DNA of 64,000 nucleotides from contig JAGAYJ010000006.1 in assembly GCA_017940575.1 (NCBI GenBank), forward strand, positions 805-64,804, written 5' to 3'. The position numbers and the translations under genes were made by a program. Numbering within the stretch: the first letter of the stretch is position 1; each line of letters starts with the position of its first letter. This DNA is from Bacilli bacterium. Lineage in GTDB: Bacteria; Bacillota_I; Bacilli_A; RF39; UBA660. Below the pieces are notes generated by a model. That model saw nothing but the letters and a program-made list of their open reading frames with translations, was not told the origin of the DNA and did no database searches. This document shows positions 1-8,257 of the stretch, in pieces.

Positions 1-346
1 TTTCTAACAAATTAAGAACATATTTTTTGTTACTATCATTCAAAGTCTTATTTATTTCTAAACCAAGAGTGCAGTTTTTATATATGGTTCTAAAATCAAG
101 TAGACTATCATCTTGTAACATATAGCCTATATTTATATCTTTACTTAAATCTATACTTCCACCTGATTTATCAAGTAGTCCACATAAAATTGATAGAATA
201 GTAGATTTCCCACATCCACTAGGTCCAACAATAGATACAAATTCTCCTTCCTTTAAATTAAAAGAGAAATCTTCAACTGCAAGTATTTCTTCATCTTTAG
301 TATGATATATTTTTTTTAAATTTTTTATTTTTAAAATATCCACCAT
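1..346 (-). CDS. ABC transporter ATP-binding protein, N-terminal part only (gene runs off window start); NitT/TauT-type importer ATPase likely
   Basis: Not in the ORF track. My reverse-complement translation from ATG at 346-344 reads MVDILKIKNLKKIYHTKDEEILAVEDFSFNLKEGEFVSIVGPSGCGKSTILSILCGLL..., with Walker A GPSGCGKST. AGGAGG lies just upstream on the - strand (350-355). Confidence 0.8.
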   Translation of the reverse strand, partial: MVDILKIKNLKKIYHTKDEEILAVEDFSFNLKEGEFVSIVGPSGCGKSTILSILCGLLDKSGGSIDLSKDINIGYMLQDDSLLDFRTIYKNCTLGLEINKTLNDSNKKYVLNLLE

Positions 347-421
347 ATACCTCCTAGCTAATTTATAATATGTTTTATATAATTATTTGAATATGTTAAT
401 AAACTAAAAAAAGGAAATAAA

Positions 422-1510
422 TTATTTGTTTATTTCCTTTAATATTATTTTTTTATTTTCCTTTAGTCTTTTAATATTAGGACTTATTTTAATTGCTTTA
501 TTAATGCATTTTAAAGCTTCTTTATAATTATTTTCATAAAAGTACGCTACTGATAATAAATCATAAATAGTATGATCCCAACTAAATACCTCATTTATAT
601 ATGATTTATAATGTGTTTTAATTTTTAAAGCTTCATTACAGTAAAATATTACATCTTTATATTTACCTAGTTCATATTCTAAAAGGGCACGTTCTACAAA
701 ACTATCACGTAGATATGGAGCTTCTTTTATAGCCTTATCTAGCCACATTCTAGCCTCATCATATCTTTTTAATGCTTTATATGAACGAGCTATAAATCTC
801 ATTGATGCACATCGCTCATCCTTCCATGTAGCGCTTTTTAAATTTAAATGTTTAATTAGCGTATCAATTGCTTTATTCCATTTTCTATAATACATATATT
901 CTCTTCCTAAATAATGCATATTTCTATCATCTTCAGGATCTTCTTTTACTGATAGTTCTAATAATGGTAAATAATTAGATCTAGATTTTGTTTTATCTGG
1001 ATAATGATTAACTGTGATATTGTCTGTATATACTTTTACTTCTTCTTTATTACCAATATATTTTAGTGTTTCATGTACAGGATGAATCCATATATAATCG
1101 TCTCGATTATGAATTTTTTCAATGTAAAAATTAACTTTTGGCGTGTTATTTTCATCTAATAACCAATTATAGTTATAAGCTAATCTAGTTGTATCAGTAT
1201 TCCATGTTTTCTCAAGTTCATCTCTCCATCCGGGGTTAAATACTTCATCTAAATCAGTACATACACATATATCAGCATCCATTGGAACCATAGAAAGTGA
1301 CTCACATCTTGCTTTATCAAATCTCCAAGGTGTAATAATGTGCTCTTTAACATGAATATTATGTTTTTTTAACTTTTCCACAGTATTATCTGTTGATCCT
1401 GTATCTAGAACATATATTTCATCTGCTTCTTTCATTGATTCGTACCATTTATCTACATATTTTTCTTCATTTTTACTTATGGCATATACACAAACTTTGT
1501 ATTTTTTCAT
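422..1510 (-). CDS. Family-2 glycosyltransferase fused to C-terminal TPR repeats
   Basis: N-terminus has GT2 motifs (VYAISKNEEKYV, LDTGSTDNT, TDLDE). The C-terminal half has TPR-like helical repeats (YYRKWNKAIDTL, YKALKRYDEARMWLDKAIK, YENNYKEALKCINKAIK). Its stop abuts the collagen-like gene. Confidence 0.75.
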   Translation of the reverse strand: MKKYKVCVYAISKNEEKYVDKWYESMKEADEIYVLDTGSTDNTVEKLKKHNIHVKEHIITPWRFDKARCESLSMVPMDADICVCTDLDEVFNPGWRDELEKTWNTDTTRLAYNYNWLLDENNTPKVNFYIEKIHNRDDYIWIHPVHETLKYIGNKEEVKVYTDNITVNHYPDKTKSRSNYLPLLELSVKEDPEDDRNMHYLGREYMYYRKWNKAIDTLIKHLNLKSATWKDERCASMRFIARSYKALKRYDEARMWLDKAIKEAPYLRDSFVERALLEYELGKYKDVIFYCNEALKIKTHYKSYINEVFSWDHTIYDLLSVAYFYENNYKEALKCINKAIKISPNIKRLKENKKIILKEINK

Positions 1511-1512
1511 AT

Positions 1513-2106
1513 TTATGGAGTAGGACCAGTTGGACCTTGTGGAATTGTTAGATTTAGAACAAAGTTAGGCGCAGTTCCTGTTATTGTTGCCTCAGCATCA
1601 GTACCAGGAGCCCCAGTTGTAACTGTACCAATTGTAAGTGTTGGTGTTTCGCCATCAATACCAGCAGGACCGGTAGGACCGATTTCACCAGCAGGACCAG
1701 TAGGACCGATTTCACCAGCAGGACCAGTAGGACCGATTTCACCAGCAGGACCAGTAGGACCGATTTCACCAGCAGGACCAGTAGGACCGATTTCACCAGC
1801 AGGACCGGTAGGACCGATTGCTCCAGCAGGACCAGTAGGACCAATTTCACCTTCAGGTATAGTAAAGTCTAAAATAACATTTTCATCTGTACCTACATTT
1901 GTAACAAGTGCATCAGTACCAGGTACTCCAGTTGTTGTTGTACCAACAGTGATAGTAGCAGGTCCGGCAGGACCAGTTGGTCCAGTAGGTCCTATAATTA
2001 CTTGACTCATACCGTTAAGACATTTTCTATCTCTTTTAATTTTTTCATATGCGCGTTCTAAATTTTTACCACATCTATCATCACAACAATTTAAATTATC
2101 ATTCAT
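1513..2106 (-). CDS. Collagen-like triple-helix repeat protein (BclA-like spore or surface glycoprotein candidate)
   Basis: Long GPT/GPA Gly-X-Y tracts. Seven consecutive G[EA]IGPTGPA nonamers. Two copies of a T(I/L)T(V/I)GT.TTG.PGTDA...TIP(E/Q)G module. Cys-rich N-terminus (NCCDDRCGK). Confidence 0.85.
   Translation of the reverse strand: MNDNLNCCDDRCGKNLERAYEKIKRDRKCLNGMSQVIIGPTGPTGPAGPATITVGTTTTGVPGTDALVTNVGTDENVILDFTIPEGEIGPTGPAGAIGPTGPAGEIGPTGPAGEIGPTGPAGEIGPTGPAGEIGPTGPAGEIGPTGPAGIDGETPTLTIGTVTTGAPGTDAEATITGTAPNFVLNLTIPQGPTGPTP
1663..1851. repeat. 7 x 27-bp near-perfect tandem repeat inside the collagen-like CDS
   Basis: Unit agcaggacc(a/g)gtaggaccgatttcacc is repeated head-to-tail and encodes GEIGPTGPA on the - strand. 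Confidence 0.9.
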
Positions 2107-2207
2107 ATAATATCTCCTTTCTAACTTATTTTATGAATCAGTATTACCACTGATAATTAATATAGTCTAAATTAAAGAAAGATGAATAAAATTAAATAGG
2201 TGATTAT

Positions 2208-3020
2208 ATGTCAAAGATAGGAGTAATATCTGATATACATGCGAATATAGATGCTCTAGAGCTAGTTCTTAAAGATATGGAGAAAAATGGTGTAGATGAA
2301 ATTATTTGCTTGGGTGATTTAGTAACAAAGTATTTTTATCCGAAGGAGTGTGTGGATGCTATTAAGGAAAATTGTTCTATAGTAGTGAAAGGTAATTGCG
2401 ATGATTTAGTAGCTAATGATGAGAGATATAAATATGCAAGAGGAAAACTAGGACTTAGTAGAATTGAATATTTAGATAACTTGCCAATAACTTACAAAAT
2501 GAAAATAAATAATGCTTTTTTTAATATGTTTCATGCAACACCAAATTCACTAGATAAAATATTTAATCCATTATTTTCTAAAAATGAATTGACACCATAT
2601 AAAGATAAAATAATAACTGATCCAAATGAAATGTTTATGCGTGATAATGAAATTGTAGTATGTGCTCATACACACCAAAGTTATATTGGAAGAGTTAAAA
2701 ATAATGAATTTAAACTACTTATGAATAATATTATTTTAGAAGAAAGAGAAAAAATAATTATAAATGTTGGTAGTGCTGGCGAACATAGTCATATGACATG
2801 TTTTAATAATAAAGTGGATACTATAATTGATCCTATTTTAACATATCTAACGATTGAAAATATAAATGCTTTTTTATATGCTAGAATTAAGTATGTTCCA
2901 TATAAAGAAACTTTAAAAAAAGTATATTTAGATATTTTAAAAAAAGAGCGTGAATCCCTTATACCGTATTCTCCTAGAGATAAAGAAAAAATAGAGAAAT
3001 CTCTTAAATTAATGAGGTAA
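2208..3020 (+). CDS. Metallophosphoesterase (calcineurin-like, YfcE/MJ0936-type)
   Basis: Motifs ISDIHAN (DxH), LGDLV (GD), GNCD, CAHTHQS (GHxH-like). Confidence 0.7.
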   Translation: MSKIGVISDIHANIDALELVLKDMEKNGVDEIICLGDLVTKYFYPKECVDAIKENCSIVVKGNCDDLVANDERYKYARGKLGLSRIEYLDNLPITYKMKINNAFFNMFHATPNSLDKIFNPLFSKNELTPYKDKIITDPNEMFMRDNEIVVCAHTHQSYIGRVKNNEFKLLMNNIILEEREKIIINVGSAGEHSHMTCFNNKVDTIIDPILTYLTIENINAFLYARIKYVPYKETLKKVYLDILKKERESLIPYSPRDKEKIEKSLKLMR

Positions 3021-3023
3021 TTT

Positions 3024-4058
3024 ATGAATATATTTAAAATAATCAAAACAAAAATATTATATAAAAAATCATTTAAAGATGAAGTTATTAATACCTTAAA
3101 TGTAAGCTTTCTAAATGTGCTTAAAAAAACAGATAAATATAGAAGTGTAGGTGTAGAGTTTGTTAAAAATGGTAAGTATGCGGTTGTTATTATGGCTGGT
3201 GGAATGGGTAGTAGACTTGGACTTAATATACCAAAAGGATGTATTAAAATAAATGATAAATCATTATTTGAGATATATGTTGATAAGTTAAAAAAAGTTA
3301 ATAGTGAATTAAATATTGAGATTCCTATATATATAATGACTTCAAAGAATAATAACATTTCCACACAAAAATTTTTTAAAAGTAATAATTTTTTTAGTTA
3401 TCCACAGGATAAAGTTAAATTTTTCGTACAAGATGAACTACCTATTTTAAATAAAAGTGGAAAAGTAGTTAATTATAATAAATCTATATTAATGGGTCCT
3501 AATGGAAATGGAGATGTATTTAAGTCTTTAAAAAGAAATAATTTAATAAATGATATGAAATTAAATAATATTGAATATGCTTTATTTGTTAATATAGATA
3601 ATCCTCTAAATAATTTAGTTGACTTTGATTTTATTGGAGCAACTATAGCTAAAAAATATAAATTATCATCTAAAACCATTAAACTAGATAAACCAAATGA
3701 ATGGATATTTATAAAATATAATAAAAGACCTTATATGTTACCTTTGGGTTATATAGGTAAGTTTTTTAATAAATTAGTAAATGGTGAATACTTATATAGA
3801 TATAAAAATATTTCATATCATTTAATACATATTGATTTAATTGAAAAGTTTTCTAAAATTAATCTTAAATATCATAGAGCATATAAGTTAACTAAAATAG
3901 ATAAAGATAAAGAAATTGAATCATTTAAATTTGAAAAGTTTATATTTGATGCATTTTACTATGCAGATGATATGTTATTATATGAGACAGATAATAAAGA
4001 ATTTTATCCAATAAAAAATATTAAGGATTTAGAGTATTTTAAAAAAAATAACCATTAA
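3024..4058 (+). CDS. UDP-sugar pyrophosphorylase (UDPGP/UAP family nucleotidyltransferase)
   Basis: VVIMAGGMGSRLGLNIPKGC matches the MAGGxGxRLG...PKG signature. GPNGNGDVF resembles the PDGNGG motif of UAP/UDPGP enzymes. Confidence 0.6.
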   Translation: MNIFKIIKTKILYKKSFKDEVINTLNVSFLNVLKKTDKYRSVGVEFVKNGKYAVVIMAGGMGSRLGLNIPKGCIKINDKSLFEIYVDKLKKVNSELNIEIPIYIMTSKNNNISTQKFFKSNNFFSYPQDKVKFFVQDELPILNKSGKVVNYNKSILMGPNGNGDVFKSLKRNNLINDMKLNNIEYALFVNIDNPLNNLVDFDFIGATIAKKYKLSSKTIKLDKPNEWIFIKYNKRPYMLPLGYIGKFFNKLVNGEYLYRYKNISYHLIHIDLIEKFSKINLKYHRAYKLTKIDKDKEIESFKFEKFIFDAFYYADDMLLYETDNKEFYPIKNIKDLEYFKKNNH

Positions 4059-4060
4059 GG

Positions 4061-4879
4061 TTATTTTATTGTTTCTAGTATTTTATTATTATTTATTTCT
4101 TTTAGACTTTTTTTAGGTGTTGGTAATTTCTCAGGCATAGTACCACCATTTTTCTTTATAACATCACGAACATTTTTACCAACTTCATAGTGAGCTTTAT
4201 TTGCATTTATCTGACCATTTATTTTTTCATTTTTAATTTTAGATTCAGTTTGTACTATTCTAAATAGATTATCGGCAAGTTCTTCACTTCCCATGTTATC
4301 TAGTATATCTTCTCTATAGCGAAGATTTTTTCTTTTAGATATATCATTTGCAGTCTCACCATTATAAAGTCCTTTATAGCCAGCATTATGAAATTTATCA
4401 AAATTCTTAACTCCTGCTTTTAAAGCAGTTTGATTTAATTCATAGTTTCCCAATTTGGTTAAACTTCTTATGTATAATCTTTTTTCATCTTCTGATAATT
4501 TATTATACTCACTTTCTAGTATTTCTTGACGTCTAGTTTGTATAGCAAAATAGGTTTGAGCAAGTGCTACTACTTCTTTCCTAGAATCAGCATTTTGAGC
4601 AATTAGATAACATGCATAACGTGATAATTTATAGTCATTTACTTTTCTTTTTGCTCCTTTTGCAATATTGATCATTTTGTTGACTTCAACAAAATGATCA
4701 TTTATATTATGATTACTGTTTTTACAAGCATTAATTGCTTTGTTTATTACAATTTTAAAATTTCTCCATTCATTATATTCTAATACTTTTTGAAGTTCTC
4801 TTGCACTCCAGTATTCATTACCTTCTTCATCAATATGTTTAATATTATCAAATAATGTTTTATTTTCAAGTTTAGTCAT
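4061..4879 (-). CDS. dinD: DNA-damage-inducible protein D (DinD family)
   Basis: WSARELQKVLEYNEWRNFKIVINKA...DHFVEV...DYKLSRYACYLIAQNADSRKEVVALAQTYFAIQTRRQE closely follows the conserved DinD core as I recall it. Confidence 0.8.
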   Translation of the reverse strand: MTKLENKTLFDNIKHIDEEGNEYWSARELQKVLEYNEWRNFKIVINKAINACKNSNHNINDHFVEVNKMINIAKGAKRKVNDYKLSRYACYLIAQNADSRKEVVALAQTYFAIQTRRQEILESEYNKLSEDEKRLYIRSLTKLGNYELNQTALKAGVKNFDKFHNAGYKGLYNGETANDISKRKNLRYREDILDNMGSEELADNLFRIVQTESKIKNEKINGQINANKAHYEVGKNVRDVIKKNGGTMPEKLPTPKKSLKEINNNKILETIK

Positions 4880-4994
4880 ATAAACCCTCCTTTGTGATTG
4901 CTTATTATATATAATTGTTATGTTGATATTTGTCGAATAGTGTTGATAATTTAATTTTATTTAAAAAAAACACTTACAAATGTAAGCGTTTAGT

Positions 4995-5969
4995 TTATAT
5001 GTTTTTAACTAATTTATTATAGTCAACAAATTTATCTAATTCTTTTGCATTTTTAATAATCTCTTCTATGTGTTCAAAGTCTTTCTTATCAATATAAGTA
5101 GTATCATACCATGCATCTATATCCATATAGTTTTGAACCATTTTCTCTAAATCATTTATAGATGAATCAGGAAAATAACTACTAATTTTTAAAGCAACAT
5201 CATGAGCACTATTTTTATGAATATAATCTAAGGCTTTATTAATAGCTTTTTTAAATCCTTTTAATTCTTTTAAATGTTTATCAATATAACTTTTCTTAGC
5301 GTTATAAGCTGTATATGGAACATCTCCTCCAAGTTTTCCAACAGAAGCTACAATATAACCGTATCCTTGATTAACAAGGCTAGTTGCAGTTGGTTCAAAT
5401 AAAGCAACAAAGTCTCCATTACCACCTATAAAAGCACCAGTTGTTGCACTAAAGTCATAACTAGTATCAAAGTTCATATCAGTAGTTTTAAGTCCATTTT
5501 TATTTATGGCATACTCTAAAGTCATAGCAGGCATTCCAGCTTTCCTTCCAGCTATTACGTGTTTACCCTTTAAGTCATTTACCTTAAAGTTTTTAATTTT
5601 TTCTCTTGAAACTAAGAAACTACCATCTCTCTTAGTTAAGCCTGCAAAGTTAACTAAATAGTCTTTCTCTCCATTCTTATATACATATATAGTTGCCTCA
5701 CTTCCACAAAATCCAATATCAACATCTCCTGATAATACACTAGCTGTTACTTTATCCGCACCAGGTGTTAGAATAAATTCAACATCCAATCCTTCATCTT
5801 TAAAGTATCCTAGTGAGTCAGCTAAATATTGTGGTGCATAAAAAATAGAGTGAGTAACCTCAGCTACCTTAAGCTTTTTAAGTGAGTTATTTTCATCTTT
5901 TCTCTTAATTAAAATAGCTGTTGATATAATTACTAAAATAAGAATAATAGGTATAAAAATTTTCTTCAT
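4995..5969 (-). CDS. ABC transporter substrate-binding lipoprotein or anchored protein (NMT1/THI5, sulfonate/nitrate/taurine family)
   Basis: N-terminal TM/signal. Pattern KVAEVTHSIFYAPQYLA...GYFKDEGLDVEF...GDVDIGFCG is typical of NitT/TauT-family binding proteins. Confidence 0.65.
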   Translation of the reverse strand: MKKIFIPIILILVIISTAILIKRKDENNSLKKLKVAEVTHSIFYAPQYLADSLGYFKDEGLDVEFILTPGADKVTASVLSGDVDIGFCGSEATIYVYKNGEKDYLVNFAGLTKRDGSFLVSREKIKNFKVNDLKGKHVIAGRKAGMPAMTLEYAINKNGLKTTDMNFDTSYDFSATTGAFIGGNGDFVALFEPTATSLVNQGYGYIVASVGKLGGDVPYTAYNAKKSYIDKHLKELKGFKKAINKALDYIHKNSAHDVALKISSYFPDSSINDLEKMVQNYMDIDAWYDTTYIDKKDFEHIEEIIKNAKELDKFVDYNKLVKNI

Positions 5970-6008
5970 AACATCCTCCCATATGTATTATATTCAAGAG
6001 TTTTATAA

Positions 6009-6054
6009 TTGACATTAAATAAATAGTTTGATATAATTGTTAGGCGCCTAACAA
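6009..6054 (+). promoter_or_regulatory. Sigma-A-type promoter (TTGACA-17-TATAAT) overlapped by a perfect 18-bp palindrome; candidate MarR operator
   Basis: TTGACA at 6009-6014, 17-nt spacer, TATAAT at 6032-6037. TTGTTAGGCGCCTAACAA at 6037-6054 is a perfect inverted repeat with a GC core, 15 nt upstream of the marR-like ATG. Confidence 0.6.
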
Positions 6055-6068
6055 ATAGAGGTGATGAT

Positions 6069-6506
6069 ATGAAGAGTATTGGCTTTGAGATAAAAGAAAT
6101 TAATGATTTAATTATAAAAAAAATGATGAAGTCAGCTATGTGTGAAAAAAGATGTATGATATCTCCAACACAAGTAAAAATAATAGAGTATTTGTGCAAA
6201 ACAAAAGATGAAATAGTTTATCAAAAAGATATTGAAAAAACACTTAATTTAAAAAGATCAACTGTATCAGGCATCTTAGATACAATGGAGAAAAATAATT
6301 TAATATCAAGAAAAAGCGTTAAAGAAGATTTAAGATTAAAAGAAATTGTCTTAACTGATTATGCTCTTGATAAGTTAAATTTGATTAAAAGAAAAATAAA
6401 AGAAATTAATAATGCACTTGGGAAAAACATAAGTGAAGATGATTTAAAAGTATTTTATAGAGTAACAAAGCAGATAAAACAAAATATTATAAATGAGGAG
6501 GTTTAA
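6069..6506 (+). CDS. MarR-family transcriptional regulator
   Basis: 145 aa with a winged-HTH pattern (ISPTQVKIIEYLC...YQKDIEKTLNLKRSTVSGILDTMEKNNLISRK). First gene of the operon with two ABC exporter genes. Confidence 0.8.
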   Translation: MKSIGFEIKEINDLIIKKMMKSAMCEKRCMISPTQVKIIEYLCKTKDEIVYQKDIEKTLNLKRSTVSGILDTMEKNNLISRKSVKEDLRLKEIVLTDYALDKLNLIKRKIKEINNALGKNISEDDLKVFYRVTKQIKQNIINEEV

Positions 6507-6508
6507 TT

Positions 6509-8257
6509 ATGTTTAAGTTAATAAAATCACTTAATAAAAAAGATTTTTTTCTTGTATTTATTAGTGTATTACTAATAGTTTTACAAGTGTGGTTAGATTT
6601 AAAGTTACCTGATTATATGTCTGAAATAACAAGACTTGTTCAAAGTGAAACTACAACTGTATCTGATATAATAATTCAAGGATTTTATATGTTATCTTGT
6701 GCATTTGGAAGTTTAATATCAGCTATAATAGTTGGATATTTAACTAGTAAGTTATCAGCAACTCTTTCATATAAAATTAGAGAAAGACTATTTAATAAAG
6801 TAGAAGACTTTAATATGGAGGAGATTAAAAACTTTAAGACTAGTAGTTTAATTACTCGTACAACAAATGACATAACAAATATTCAAATGTTTATATCTAT
6901 GGGACTTCAAATGCTTATCAAAGCTCCTATTACTGCAATATGGGCAATTTTAAAAATACTTAATAAAAACTTAGAGTGGAGTATTATTACAGCAATTGCC
7001 GTATTTATATTAATCTTAATGGTAATAGTTTTAATGATTACGGTTCTACCTAAATTTAAAGCTGTTCAAAAGTTAATAGATAATATTAATAATATTGCCC
7101 GTGAAAACTTAACAGGTATTAGAGTAATACGTGCATTTAATGCTGAGAAATTCCAAACAGAGAAATTTAAAAGTGCAAATAGTGAGCTTACAAATGTTCA
7201 ATTATTCACACAAAAGATGATGTCTATAATATCTCCTGTTATGTATTTAGTTATGAATATGCTTACAATTAGTATTTATTTTATAGGCGCATATTTAATA
7301 GAAAATGCTCTTATGGCAGATAAGATAAATCTATTTAGTGATATGGTTGTATTTTCAAGCTATGCTATGCAAGTTATAATGTCATTCTTAATGCTTGCAA
7401 TTATATTTATAATGTATCCTAGAGCTAGTGTATCAGCTAATCGTATTAATGTGGTTTTAGATACAACTATTAGTATAAAAGATGGAAAAATAGATACAGA
7501 AAATAATATAAAAGGAGAAGTTGAATTTAAAGGTGTTTCATTTAAATATCCTGATAGTGAAGAATATGTAATTAAAGATGTTTCATTTAAAGCTAATAAG
7601 GGTGAGACTATTGCATTTATAGGATCAACTGGATCAGGTAAATCAACTTTAATAAATTTAATTCCAAGATTCTATGATGCAACAGAAGGTGAAATACTAA
7701 TAGATAAAGTTAATATTAAAGATTATAAGTTAAGTACTCTTCATAAAAAAATAGGATATGTATCTCAAAAAGCAGTTTTATTTAAAGGTTCAGTAAACTA
7801 TAATGTTGGATATGGTGATGATACTTGTAAAGAAAATGTTAAAGAAGCTATTAAAGTGGCTCAAGCAAGTGAATTTGTTGAAAAAATGAGTGATAAATAT
7901 GAATCAGTTATATCACAAGGTGGTACTAATATATCTGGTGGTCAAAAACAAAGAATTTCAATTGCTCGTGCGATTGCTAAAAATCCAGAGATTTATATAT
8001 TTGATGATTCTTTTAGTGCACTAGATTATAAAACCGATTATTTACTTAGAAAAGAGTTAAGTAAGTATACAAAAGATTCAACAATATTTATAGTAGCCCA
8101 AAGAATTGGTACAATTATGAATGCTGATAAGATTATTGTTTTAGATAATGGTAATGTAGTTGGAATGGGAAAACATAAAGAATTATTAAATAGTTGTGAT
8201 GTTTACAAGGAAATTGCATACTCACAATTATCAAAGGAGGAGTTAGAAAATGCCTAG
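6509..8257 (+). CDS. ABC exporter, fused permease/ATPase half-transporter (multidrug-type, heterodimer partner 1)
   Basis: Six N-terminal TM segments. Walker A GSTGSGKST, signature ISGGQKQR, Walker B IYIFDDSFSALD. Confidence 0.9.
   Translation: MFKLIKSLNKKDFFLVFISVLLIVLQVWLDLKLPDYMSEITRLVQSETTTVSDIIIQGFYMLSCAFGSLISAIIVGYLTSKLSATLSYKIRERLFNKVEDFNMEEIKNFKTSSLITRTTNDITNIQMFISMGLQMLIKAPITAIWAILKILNKNLEWSIITAIAVFILILMVIVLMITVLPKFKAVQKLIDNINNIARENLTGIRVIRAFNAEKFQTEKFKSANSELTNVQLFTQKMMSIISPVMYLVMNMLTISIYFIGAYLIENALMADKINLFSDMVVFSSYAMQVIMSFLMLAIIFIMYPRASVSANRINVVLDTTISIKDGKIDTENNIKGEVEFKGVSFKYPDSEEYVIKDVSFKANKGETIAFIGSTGSGKSTLINLIPRFYDATEGEILIDKVNIKDYKLSTLHKKIGYVSQKAVLFKGSVNYNVGYGDDTCKENVKEAIKVAQASEFVEKMSDKYESVISQGGTNISGGQKQRISIARAIAKNPEIYIFDDSFSALDYKTDYLLRKELSKYTKDSTIFIVAQRIGTIMNADKIIVLDNGNVVGMGKHKELLNSCDVYKEIAYSQLSKEELENA

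Noticed and set aside
1581-1850. 89-aa ORF (LLVLLVKSV repeats) on the - strand inside the collagen-like gene
   Set aside because: It is an alternative-frame read of the 27-bp tandem repeat. The Gly-X-Y frame (1513-2106) is the biologically coherent one.
1-5969. Idea that the collagen/GT/phosphoesterase/UDPGP/dinD block is an insertion splitting one ABC importer operon (binding protein at 4995-5969, ATPase at 1-346)
   Set aside because: Only the family-level match and the shared strand support it. The permease is outside the window and the ATPase has its own RBS and intergenic region, so linkage cannot be shown from this sequence.
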